Below are positions 12,847 to 24,310 of a stretch of DNA of 64,000 nucleotides, piece by piece. A model generated the notes under the pieces. The model saw only the letters and a program-made list of their open reading frames with translations, ran no database searches and was not told the origin of the DNA. The stretch is from Anthoceros angustus (lineage: Eukaryota > Plantae > Anthocerotophyta). The stretch is taken from the NCBI GenBank assembly GCA_010909165.1, contig VJWM01000203.1, forward strand, positions 281,471 to 345,470. Direction: 5' to 3'. The position numbers and the translations under genes were made by a program. Position 1 is the stretch's first letter, and every line of letters begins with the position of its first letter.

Positions 12847-14066
12847 CTATTCCACATCCTCGTGCATCAACTTTGCCTTCAATTTCTTCCACTCCATCTG
12901 TGCGTAATTTAATGTGTCTATGTACTCTTCCTGCACGGCCTTCCTTTTGGCCTCAAATGGTTCGGGGTTATACCAACTGTAATCAACAAACAACTCTTCC
13001 CCAGCATTAATGGTCCTCACTGCCCAAGTGCAAATCCAATCAAGATGGTCGTCACTTAGTAGCTCATGCCCATCCGACCTTTCTTCCCAAATGCAATTTT
13101 GCTTGATTGCGATATTTCCACTACTACTATTCATATATCCTGCCACATTCCCATATGCAACATGCCCATCGAGGTACTCAATTGGGCCATCATTAACATC
13201 TTTACGCCGGAGTCTATTGAAAGTCAATGCATACTTGAAATAACTTGTTGTAGTTCACTATCTTGTTATATTCTCCTGTATACTTTGGACCCCAAACACA
13301 AACAAAGGAACTCCATTCACATTATCTTTTCTCACTACGATTTTCTCCATGGAAAATAAACCCAACCCCATGGCTGGGTTTGTTGCCTCCTTCACTATCC
13401 ACCTTCGCCCCAATATAGAAATGACTTGTTAATAGGAATAGGTCCCTTCTCCCACATTCCCCATTCTCTAGGGTACACGCCTTTCAAAAGATGCTTGTAT
13501 AAAACAATAGCATCATGAGACTTTGGATCTTCCCCTCTTTTGGATGATAAGGAGGTGCAATAAAGGGTCCATGGTCCGCCTTTCCATCCAAAGGTTTTCC
13601 TACACCGCAAAGCCATGTGTCCACTCCTACGCTCGTACTTGTTATAACATGCAAACAATAAACTCCTTCCAACTATAAAAAAACAACCATAATTACACAT
13701 ATGAATAATTAAACTACCTTTAATATAACAAGACAAACATACTTACCATAATTAGTATGCCACATCAGAATTATTCTATAGATAATATTATATAATTGCT
13801 TTATTATTGTATTTTCTAGCATAAAAGAAAAGGGCTCCATAATTACTTCATTAGTTTATTTCCTAGCATAGAAGAAAAGGATTGCAACTCACAGTTGTGG
13901 CTACGGGTGGTTCTCCTTGTTCTGCTATTTCTTCTCCTCCTCCTCCTTCTCCTCCTCCTCCTTCTCCTCCTCGTTGTTCTTCTCCTCCTCGTCCTCCTTC
14001 TCCTCCTCGTTCTTCATCTCCTTGCGGTTCTCCACCGGGGACTTCATTCTGGGAGGTAAGGTCCAT
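12847..14066 (-). CDS. SET-domain (lysine methyltransferase-like) protein with a Gly/Glu-rich N-terminal exon, inside the CACTA element
   Basis: SET motif I AMGLGLFSMEKI (~13,340-13,375), PLFVFG, then YLDGHVAYGNVAGYMNSS...QNC...WAVRTINAGEELFVDYSW. Splice donors GTGAGT (13,892) and GTAAGT (13,746); acceptor TTTTATAG (13,673). Exon model is tentative. Confidence 0.75.
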
Positions 14067-14339
14067 TCTTGCGCAAATGTTTACGTGATTTGGTTAGCTC
14101 ACGAACTCGCCTTGCACTCTTTGCACCAACATTTTGGAAAATATATTGGATATTTGGGCGCTTAAATCTACGAGCGCGATCCATAAGGACCTACCCTCAA
14201 CAATGATCGTGGGTTAGCTTAAGCTCGACAACACTTGCCCTGCCTTCACCGAGCACGAAAGTGGAGGCTACCTTCGATGAAGTGCTCCGGCCCTCGCTCC
14301 AACCTCCGATCCGAAAGCGTAACCGCATAAATCGAGCCA

Positions 14340-14790
14340 ATTCTAATCTAGAGCAATTCCATGCAACCGATAACGCGATACTCAAAACGCTTTACAAAGA
14401 GCATAGACCTGCAGAACGGACTTGTAGCTATCTAGCATCCGGATGGTCGATTTAGGTGTGCACCGTGCTTTTATTGACCCTTGCTACTAGAAGGCCCTCG
14501 CCACGCACGATGGAAGGCCCTTCTAGCTATGTAGTGGATGGTTAGTAGCCGACAAGAGAAAGGCCTCTTACGGTGCTTATTAGGCGGTCAATCCAAAGCG
14601 CTTTACAACACGAGGCGTTGCAAATCGGTTTGCAACGCCTCTCTTATCAACGCACTCGCAGCAACATTTGCAACGCCAGCACCCAATTCTAATCATGAGC
14701 AATTGCATGCAACCGACAATACTCGAAAACGCTTTGCAAAGAGCACCGAACGGACTTGTAGCTATCTAGCATCGCGGATGGTGCCGAGCT
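14340..14790. repeat. Two ~100 bp diverged direct repeats upstream of the SET gene
   Basis: aattctaat..gagcaatt.catgcaaccga...gaacggacttgtagctatctagcatc at ~14,340-14,440 and ~14,685-14,773. Confidence 0.65.
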
Positions 14791-16494
14791 ATGAGAAGGC
14801 CCTCGCCACGCACAATGGAAGGCGGCTTTATAATCGATGCCGCGAAACCGCGAAGCTTGGCCTCTTACAAGTGCGTGCAATGGTCCAAAGCGCTAGCTAG
14901 CGCAGTTTGGGCAATTTGCAAAGCATTCGTAAAGCACCGTAGTGTGCTATTGATATAGCCTTAGCTTACTTAAGGCGCAAGCCTTTCCTTATTTGCGTGG
15001 GACTCAAGATTGTGAAATGTGTGAGCAACTTTATATCAAAGAAAACTTTACATCACCGATAGGCGATCGTCTTTGCCAACCTCATGTGACTTGGGTAGAC
15101 TACGAAACCACATTTGTGATGAGTTCATTATCACTCGATCCGGCTCGGGTCCGTATCGAGCATAGTCTTCAAAAGCGAAGGTGGCTGCTCGGCTCCATTC
15201 GTGATGCCGATTAAAACCTTGAGCCCCAAACAAAAATCTACCTTATTAGCATTTATCATGCAAAGAAAGATCACTCAGACTTTTACACTTACGATAGAAG
15301 GAGATGATTAGGTTCGGGCACAAGATCTCAGATTTCTCCCAAAGTCGAGTCATCCGAGTTCCGCTTTCACAAAAGTAAGCCCTTGGAGACCCCGGATCGA
15401 GAGTAGTACCAAGCTGTGATGATAGCTGACCAAGGCGCAGCGTGGAAGCATGTGACCAAAAACAAGGACGAGTTCCATCCGGAAGGGTGGGACCCTTCTC
15501 TTTCTCCGAGGAAGGCTAGGAAGGACGCAATGTTACACAACCCTTGTCACAAGGGTCAAAGTTTGCACAATTCATGTGCATCACCTCCTCTTCATCACGC
15601 ATCTCCTCGACTGGGATCCACCTCGGAAGGTCCTCGGCCGCCAGTTGTGCCATCACCTCCGGATGGTTCTCGGCCGCCAGTTGTCTACCGCCATCGCTAC
15701 TCAAAACGCACTTGACGGCCGGGTCGCTTAACACAATCGGAGTTCACAACCGAGTTCACAATCGGTCGGACAAACACAATCAGCTCAGTGTGTGACTCAC
15801 TTTGAGCCGCATAACCGCCCGCACTTGGGAACGGATCAGCTATAGAACTATAGTATGCACGAGTTCGCTACTGGGAAACAGGAACAAAGTGACAGCCCCA
15901 AGGAGCCCCTTACTCTCAAACTCCATGGCGTCAAAGAAACCATATGTGGGTCTTTCAACCGTCTCGGCGGTATGGGTGAGAGTGGGTGTGGGCGTTAACG
16001 CGGAACCTCGAAATGCGTCGGTGTGCGATCGAGGATTGAACTCTCATTAGGTACCGCCTAGCCGCTTGTCATCGGCAACATCAACAATCGGCATGATGAT
16101 GAGTGCCAAGAAGACTTAAATTCTTTAAAGACCTGGAGGAGGCGAATCGAGGTTTTAAGACTCGGGCTCAAGTGGATGGCCGAGGAAGCATTGCCCCTTA
16201 GCCCTTATTCTATTCATTCCCATGGATCTTTTACACATTAAAGGGGCACGAGTCCCAAGCAATAGCCTTGAAAGCACCTAAGGGACAACATAGCTACGCT
16301 CCATACAATCCCTCTATCCGCCATCAAAATATCTCCGAGGAGCACACTACGCTAAGCGTGCTCAAGCACTGCTTGTCATATCATGCCATTTTCATGCCAA
16401 TGGTTTCCCTCAAAAGGAAAGAAGCATTAAAGCTTTATTTGTAGGCTTGCATGGGTCACCATCAAAACCTCATCACTCATATGCTTTCCATGAC

Positions 16495-16798
16495 CGCCTT
16501 CGGGTAATTGCGAGTTGCGGCATGGGGACCTCTTCCACTCCTCCAATATTGTGTCCAGATTGAGTTTGATCGGGATGACGAGCTATTTGCCACCGCTGGA
16601 GTATCAAGGAGGATAAAAGTGTTTGAGTTTGCAACGGTGGTCAATGACATGGCGATGTGCATTGTCCCATGGTAGAAATGTCTACCCGCCCAAATTGAGT
16701 TGTCCGAGTTGGAACAAGTACATAAAGTCGCATTGTGCGGTGATTATGAAGGGATTGTTACGATGGGATGTGAATACGTGCGAGCATCACGGAGTATG
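16495..16798 (+). pseudogene. COP1: COP1 WD40-region fragment captured in the CACTA element
   Basis: Across small indels reads RLRVIA(E)LRHGDLFHSSNIVS-IEFDRDDELFATAGVSRRIKVFEFATVVND..VHCPMVEMSTR.KLSCPSWNKYIKSH...DYEGIVT.WDVNT...ITEY. Confidence 0.88.
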
Positions 16799-17629
16799 TG
16801 TACGACAGCCCAGCCTAAACCTCTCAAGTTTATTACTTGGTTCTCGAGGCGTGGATTCGTCGTTACCGCCATCGGCTCCACTCCACCGGCTAGTTTGCAA
16901 TCTAGTTTTCTCAACTAAGCCTGAAGTGTTCGCCACTAAGAAGCCGAGAACTTTTGCAGTGCAGCGTGGAGCCGAGCATGCTTAACCCTGAAGGCCGCCT
17001 TTTGCCCCATTTTGGCGTTATTATGAATTTCTAATTACAAGAAAATCGATCGAATGTTCTCAACACCACAATTACCGTGATGACCTCCTCTTTCCAACCA
17101 TATGTTAGAAAAGCACCACCCCTCGGAACATGCACAAATTTCCATAGCCATTTCGATCCACCTTGGGCACCAGTGAGGTGAGCATCTTTCTTTGCCTACC
17201 ATGAACTAAGGTGAATCAGATACGTATGTACACAAGAATGTAGGGGATGGCCAGCGCATGACACCGGATCCTAAGCGCCCGTGGCCGACCTTTTACCTAC
17301 TAGAGATTTTAGAACGTAAAAGTGAACCGAACGTTGTAAATAGTAATAGTTTCTAATTTTACAACGGAGTGTGTTGTAAATGGTAATCGCTTCCGACTTA
17401 ACAACGAGCGTTGCAAATAGTAGTTTCCAAAGTCGTTTCATACAAACTCACCAGCACCAGTGCACGAGGTAGGTGACGCAGTGCACAAGGCGTGAGGCGG
17501 TGCAATGCATGCAAGATCTTGTCCAAGGCGGAACATGCTTGCACACAAATCGATATAAAGGCGGGTTCATGTCAGACAAGTAGATGTTTACATACTGCGA
17601 CGTATGTGTTGAGAGCTGTGTCGTCGATT

Positions 17630-17935
17630 GCCCTCGGGTGTGTGAGAACCGGCTTGCCATCGGGTGTGTGTGACGAGTGGGAGCTTGTGTAGCTAGTGTA
17701 CTTGAGGCCATGCGGCTTGCCATCGGGTATGTGAGGTGGGGAGCTTGTGTAGCTAGTGTAATTGAGGCCATGCGGCCCGCCATCGGGTGTGTGAGGTGGG
17801 GAGCTTGTGTAGCTAGTGTAATTGAGGCCATGGGGCCACATCGGGTGTGTGAGAGCCTTGCCATCGGGATGTGTGACGAGTGGGAGCTCAGATGTAGTGT
17901 AATTGAGGCCATGCACCGCCACCTGGGTGTGTGAT
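17630..17935. repeat. ~60 bp tandem minisatellite, about 4-5 copies
   Basis: gccatcgggtgtgtgaggtggggagcttgtgtagctagtgtaattgaggccatg repeated. Confidence 0.85.
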
Positions 17936-19554
17936 GAGAGTCTATGTGTTTGAGAGAAGCGGAAGCCAACCATGCCTCGCACATTTTAGAAGCGGAAGGC
18001 CATGAGAAGTGCGGAAGGCTTTGTAAAGCAGGAAGAAGAAGCACGAGGAATTTGACGTCCATCCGTACAAGGCCCGCTGCACCTGTTTGCTTAAGATTGT
18101 CGACTTGGCTTTGGGGCAGCTTCCAAGGATTGCTTGATCGAGAGAGATTGCTCGACTTTGCTTAGGTGGCAGCCACATGTTGAGTCGCCGCCTCCTCTTA
18201 CGCGCCGAGATCTTGGTCATGCACACACGTGTATTGCCGCACACAAGCTCTAACAACGGCACATGGTGTTTAGTTAGTGACTACACACAAGCTCGTGTTT
18301 AGTTAGTGACCGCATCAATTCGACCTACAACACAATTAGGGCTTACGAAATTGAATTCCTTGGATCAAGAAGGTTTGTGTGCATCCCCAATCTCTTATGC
18401 TTGGTGCTTTTTAGGGCACGCACTTTCATGGGCAAAGGTTGCTAAGCGCCTTTCTACTAACCCCAACCACCTTGCAATGTAGATGGTGCGCACTACACGT
18501 GCCGCGGTTGGGTTTGCATGTCATGCGTAACGCGATAAGGAAACAAGACTTTGGCCACAAAGATTAGTGGTGGGGACGCAGTGGATGCCGTGGTGGAAGG
18601 ATCCGCCTAACGGCTCGGTGGTTGGGTTTAGTAGACAGCGCAAGCCAAGGAGCCGCTGCTTGTCGGCTGGCCTAGCGAAAAATGGGCCACCGTGAAGGCA
18701 AAGAAGCGGGAGGGCGTCTCAAAGGGGCGAAGCGCATCGCCCTCGAAATGTGAGTTGTGCATCAACGGCTTTGTCCAAGCGCTGATCGCACCAGCTGTGT
18801 TTGAATCACCGCCTTCAACTAGTTAGCGAGCTCTAGGGTCGGTGATGATAATGAGCTCTAAACGATGGCTTTTCTTTTCTCACTTGTGTGTGGTAGGAAG
18901 GGCCACCGCCTGATGCGGTGGAGAACAAGCGCCTCCTCCCGATGCCGTGGAGGAGGAGCAGCCTCCCGATGCCGGAGGAGGAGCGCCTCCTCTAATGCCG
19001 TGGAGGAGGAGCAGCCTCCTCGATGCCGTGGAGGAGTACCGCGCGCTCCCCATGGCGCTACCGTGGAAGAGCTCGCTGTGTGGAGAAGCAACAACGACCC
19101 TCAAGTCACCACCACCTCCTCTTAGGTCTTCGGATGAGAGAACAAGGGCCACCAGTGGCTTATGTGCACACGCAGACCTTTTGAGAAAGATGATAGCAAG
19201 AAGGCAGCCAAGCTCGCTTCCTCCCTTGTCCGTGACACTGGCTCAAAACTTACCCGGACCTTCAATCCAGGTCCGTCTCCCATGCCACCTCCACCACTCC
19301 TACTCCTAACCCTTCCGTCAATGTTGGTTCTCGCTTTTGAAGAAGTGCACGTGATGGAGCAGCAAGAAGTGGAAAATCCATGTGGAGGAGGGGAGATGGC
19401 GTGACGAGATCCGCCGAATTGCCAAGGAGAAATCGAATTAAAGGGAGATCGCCCAAATGCACGACGTCATTCCACAATGGACATTCATCTAGAATCGTGT
19501 TTACGGTTTTAGTTGAAACCGACTCCTGCTTTTACTTTCATAAGCTTGTCCGTA

Positions 19555-19925
19555 GGTGTGTGGCCTTGACCGCCCAATGTTTCTCTTTGGTCTCTCAAGC
19601 TCGACAGCAAGTGTGTGGCCTTGTGATGTTTCTTTTGGTCTGCTGCCTAAAGCGCAAGTGTGTGGCCTTGATCGCCGATTTTTCTATTGGTCTGCTGCCT
19701 AAACATGTGTGTGTGGCCTTGACCGACGTGTTTTTTTTGGTCTCTCAAGCCTAAACAGTGTGTGTGTGGCCTTGATCGCCCATGTTTCTTTTGGTCTCTC
19801 AAGTCTAAAGCGGTGTGTGGCCTTGATCGCCCATGTTTCTCTTTGGTCTCGCAAGCCTAAATGGCGGTGTGTGGCCTTGATCGCCCATGTTTCTTTTGGT
19901 CTCTCAAGCCTAAACAGTGTGTGTT
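19555..19925. repeat. ~55 bp tandem minisatellite, about 7 copies
   Basis: gtgtggccttgatcgcccatgtttcttttggtctctcaagcctaaa repeated with variation. Confidence 0.85.
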
Positions 19926-20104
19926 CGTTTGCTTCCGAAGCTAAACATGTGTGTGTGGCTCGCTTGGCTAACTGTACAAGGATGTACATGCCACATGCCT
20001 GTGCATGTGCTCAGACAAGCATGTGGCCTATACATGCCACTTACAGCCACATGCTCGCACGGCATGTACAAGCATATTCGATGTTTTCCTTCTCATGTGT
20101 CGTT

Positions 20105-21323
20105 GGATTAAAGAAGATTCATACATGAAGTGCTCCAATTTGCTTGAGGTGGGTAATGCGGCACTTCATGGATCCATTGATTGGCAACCGGGAGAGAAAC
20201 TAGAGACACAAGCAATTGTGGAGGCCATTCAAGAGATGTTGGTGGGATTTGGAGCATGGCTCATGTGTGTGACCAAATGTTCAACACCATGTTGCGCAAT
20301 TGGAAGAACAATCTTGCAAGATGCGCAAGACAATTTCTTGAGGGTAATCATCCACCTAAGTATAAGCCTCGTGATATCTCGGTGACCGGATCGCATTGTG
20401 GAGAATGAAAAGCCAAGGCCGGATGGAGATGTCGCACAAAACGCATAGCAATGTTGAGGAAGTTGAACTCGGATGCCCACGTATGCCACTTTGGTAATGG
20501 TGGGTTTGTGAAGTTTACAAATCGGTTTTACCAACTCTTTGGTAGACGCCCCACGGAGCAAGAGACAGGTCAGAAGGCCGGAAATTGGATAATAAAACTT
20601 GAAACATATTGAGCCAATCTTCCTCATCCGGAGCGTTTGGCTCCAACCCCCGGAATAGGTTTCAAACAATTGTGGCAGAACCTCAAGGATGCTGGTTATA
20701 AAGATGATGATTTGGATGGTATGATTTTGATTTGATGTCTTTGCAAGTTAGGATTGTCCTCCCATTTTAACTCTGTTTTTTGGACTTGCCATAGGAGCTG
20801 TAATACTAGAGCGCAAGCAAATGGACGATGACAGCTGGTTTTTGGACGATTTGGTGCCTAGATTGAAGCCCGGGTTAAGTGAGGATCTTTCTCCTCGTAG
20901 TTCTTATAGAAGATCTTTCAAGTCTGCTTTGTTGTAACACCGGCTTCTTGGTAACATATTCGATTCTTGCAGAATCGGGTGTGGCCTCCGCCTCGGGTGG
21001 GAAGCCTTAACCTCCCAAGTGTGGTCGACCGGTGGAACGAAGCCACGATGAAGTACTTGTTGAAGTTGAACCACTCCATCTCGTGGAAGAGGTGGAAGAA
21101 TTTGAAGAGGTTGAGGTATCCCTCTCTAAATGCAGGAAAAGTTTTTCAATCTCATGGCCTCTCATCGAACCGGACGACAGAACTTGAAGCTCAACGCCTT
21201 GTGAAGCTAGGTCCGGACTACGCCAAAGAGCTCAAGTCATCAAGGGTGAAGAGCATGAAGAGGAAGGAAATGAGGCTTCAACTCAAGTCCAATTTGAAGA
21301 GATCAAGGAGCGAGGAATTCTAG
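20105..21323 (+). CDS. Possible CACTA TnpA/Ptta (Transposase_24)-like second ORF, fragmented
   Basis: MLRNWKNNLAR, then HVCHFGNGGFVKFTNRFYQLFGRRPTEQE resembles the H-x-G...GR-P region of TnpA-like proteins; lies inside the element. Confidence 0.4.
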
Positions 21324-21384
21324 TTTGGTGCTTTCTTTTAGTTGCTCCTTAGAAACTCTTAGAAATTGAATCGACATCGGCTTT

Positions 21385-21960
21385 TTGTGGGAATGTCCCT
21401 TTGTGTGTGTCTGGGGAATGGCCCCAATGTTTGTGAGTGTGTGTGTCTGGGGAATGGCCCCATGTTTGTTTGTGGGAGTCTGTGTGTATGGGAATGGCTT
21501 CTATGTTTGTGTGTTTATTTGTGTGTGTGTGTGTGTGTGTGTGTGTGAGTTTCTATGCGAGCCTGCAAGAGTGTGTGCGAGCCTGCAAGAGTGTGTGCGA
21601 GCCTGTGAGCCTGTGAGCCTGAGCTTGTGAGAGGGCTGAGCCTTGAAAATTGAGCCTTGAGCTTGTGAGCGAGAGCTTGTGAGGCGAGAGCTTGTGAGGC
21701 GAGCCTATGAGCTTGTGAGGCGAGAGCGATAGCTTGTGAGCTGTGAGAGCGAGCCTGTGAGCTGTGAGCGAGAGCTTGTGAGCTGTGAGAGCGAGAGCTT
21801 GTGAGCTTGTGAGCGAGCTTGTGAGCGTGAGAGCGAGCCTGTGAGCTGTGAGAGCCTGTGAGCGCTGATTATGTGAGAGCCCGTGTGGGTTTGTGCGAGT
21901 TTGTGTGGGCCGTTGTGAGTTTGTGTGAGTTGAATGTGTGGATTTGTGTGAGGATCTGTG
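21385..21960. repeat. Simple-sequence tract: (GT)n and GAGCTTGTGA-type repeats
   Basis: Directly visible. Confidence 0.9.
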
Positions 21961-22204
21961 TTCATTTTGGGGTTTAGAATCGCTTGCATTTGGTAGTAGC
22001 ATTCCATTTCTCGTGTCCCACTAATGCACAACAAGGTGCAAGATACAAAATTTACAACAAAGGGCGTTGTAAAACACTTGTTGTAAATATGCCCCATTTA
22101 AAGAAGCTGAAAATAGATATTTGTGTTATTAATAATATTTATTTTTGTTTAAAAGTCTTTATATATATATATATATATATATTACTTAAAAGGGCGTTGT
22201 AATT

Positions 22205-22720
22205 TAAATGATGTAATTGCTTTTGCAATTGGGATGTTGTAGATGGTTTTGTAAAGCAGTCGTTGTAAAGCGCGTTGTACCCACAGGGCGTCTCAAACTT
22301 AGATGTTGTAATTGCTTTTGCAATTGGGATGTTGTAGATGGTTTTGTAAAGCAGTCGTTGTAAAGCGCGTTGTACCCACAAGACGTCTCAAACTTAGATG
22401 TTGTAATTGCTTTTGCAATTGGGATGTTGTAGATGGTTTTGTAAAGCAGTCGTTGTAAAGCGTTGTACCCACCGAGACGTCTCAAACTTAGATGTTGTAA
22501 TTGCTTTTGCAATTGGGATGTTGTAGATGGTTTTGTAAAGCAGTCGTTGTAAAGCGTTGTACCCACAAGACGTCTCAAACTTAGATGTTGTAATTTTTTG
22601 CAATTGGGATGTTGTAGATGGTTTTGTAAAACAGTCGTTGTAAAGCGCGTTGTACCCACAAGGCGTCTCAAACTTAGATGTTGTAATTCCAATTGGGATG
22701 TTGTAAATGGTTTTGTAAAA
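22205..22720. repeat. CACTA subterminal ~94 bp tandem array, about 5.5 copies
   Basis: aaacttagatgttgtaattgcttttgcaattgggatgttgtagatggttttgtaaagcagtcgttgtaaagcgcgttgtacccac starts at ~22,295, 22,390, 22,484, 22,577 and 22,670. Confidence 0.92.
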
Positions 22721-23001
22721 TGGCACCACGTCATCACATGGTGATGTGGCAATGAGGGCCATGTCATCAAATTATGCCACGTCATCACCTGATGATGTGG
22801 CAATGAAGGGCCATGTGGCAACAACATGCCATGTCATCACTTGGTGATGTGGCGGTGATGTGGCGCCACATCACCACTTTAATGACATGGCACTGGAACT
22901 GGCCATGTCAGCAATTTTACAACGTCATGAAGCTCTCGGTTTACAATGGCGTTGCTTACAACGTCGCGTTGTAACACCCGTTGTAAAAACCGTTGTAAAA
23001 A

Positions 23002-23020
23002 CCCTCATTTTCTTGTAGTG
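23002..23020 (-). mobile_element. CACTA terminal inverted repeat (CACTACAAGAAAATGAGGG)
   Basis: Canonical CACTACAAGAAAA end, followed on the + strand by atg (candidate 3-bp TSD). Confidence 0.85.
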
Positions 23021-23597
23021 ATGGTGAATGACTGACACTCTTACTACCTACCCTTGAGCATTACAATTGCATGATTGATCTTCTTGGCGTCTGACCTATC
23101 TACATGGGGCAGAGAAGATGCTACTATCATGGAAAGGGCTAAAGTAATGTTGTGGGCTTTGTAATCTTTGTAACAATGCTTTCAAAACACCATATCGCCC
23201 CTCTCTGTATCCCCATGACTTTTGCAGGCAAGGTTGGAGCCCCATGAGGGTTGTGTTGTGGTGGCAATTGCCTGGTGGGGATGACTGCAAAATGTGGTAT
23301 ACAGACCAAGATTTGTCCTCTTCCCGCCCCACGCACTGCTTATTAAGAAACGCGCCGCAGAGCACGCGATGTAGCATACCAGATCGTGCCCTAATCTTCC
23401 TCAGCTTCCCGCAACAAAATATGGCGGAGCAAGTCAGATCCTGTTAGCGGCGGCTCTTCTCCTCCCTCCGCACCGTAGCCTACATGCAGCGGTAGCACGT
23501 GAGTTTTAGCGGGCCAACCCTATCCGATTCCGTATAGTTGGAGATAGAGATTATTTGTACAGTTTACATTATTGTAGATTCAATTTGTCACCATCCA

Positions 23598-23680
23598 GTC
23601 AGGATTGCCGAGTGGTCTAAGGCGCCAGACTCAAGTTCCCTCTTCGAGAGAGGGCGTAGGTTCAAATTCCACAGCTGACA
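23598..23680 (+). tRNA. trnL-CAA: tRNA-Leu(CAA)-derived sequence, probably a pseudogene
   Basis: GTCAGGATTGCCGAGTGGTCTAAGGCGCCAGACTCAAGT...GGTTCAAAT..CTGACA. The 3' side of the anticodon stem (TCCCT instead of TCTGG) and the acceptor and T stems are mispaired. Confidence 0.8.
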
Positions 23681-23804
23681 TTGTCAAACAATTATTGTGG
23701 GGTCACTTTTTCTCATTTCTCTTTAGAAGGCTTGTGGGCTCAGTTTGTTTCTACCTAATGTCACCCGTTCTAGGGGTGATGCTTTGTGGTCCCAATGACT
23801 CGTA

Positions 23805-24310
23805 ATGCCACCGGTACTAGGGGTGGTGCTTATTGGTCTAAATGGAACAGCCACTAAGGGGTGGTCCTCTGTGGTCAAAATCCCAATGACTCCTAATGCC
23901 ACCGGTACTAGGGGTGGTGCTTTGTGGTCTAAATGGCTGTTAATTGCCGCTAAGGGGTGGTGCTTATTGGTCTAAATGGTGGCTGTTCATTGTCGCTAAC
24001 TTGGGGTGGTCCTTTCTAGTCAAAATGGTTGTTAAATGGACTTACATTTATAAGAACACCACCAAGGGGTGGTCCCTTGTGGTCGAAATGGTTGTTAAAT
24101 GAACTCACATTTATAAGAACACCACTGTCAAGCATCATGCGTTTAGATCAAGGGACACACATTTATATTTAGATCAATGGACACACATTTATAAGAACAC
24201 CACTCTCAAGCATCATGCATTTAATTTAGGCATTCATAAAGAATACCGCTGTGAAGCATGCTGCATTTACTTTAGGCACTTACAAAGAACACCATTGTGA
24301 GGCATCCTGC
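23805..24310. repeat. Degenerate short tandem repeats
   Basis: ggggtggtgcttattggtctaaatgg about 6 times, then catttataagaacaccac-type units. Confidence 0.7.

Larger units (their letters stand above)
9478..23020 (-). mobile_element. Large CACTA (En/Spm) DNA transposon, minimum extent; left terminus not identified
   Basis: Tnp2/TnpD transposase; terminus ...ccctcattttcttgtagtg at 23,020 (= CACTACAAGAAAATGAGGG on minus); dense subterminal TTTACAAC/GTTGTAAA and GCCACGTCA-like repeats. Confidence 0.85.

Noticed and set aside
22205-22720. Regular array and 122-207 aa ORFs
   Set aside because: Identical tandem units forming CACTA subterminal repeats; the ORFs are repeat artefacts.
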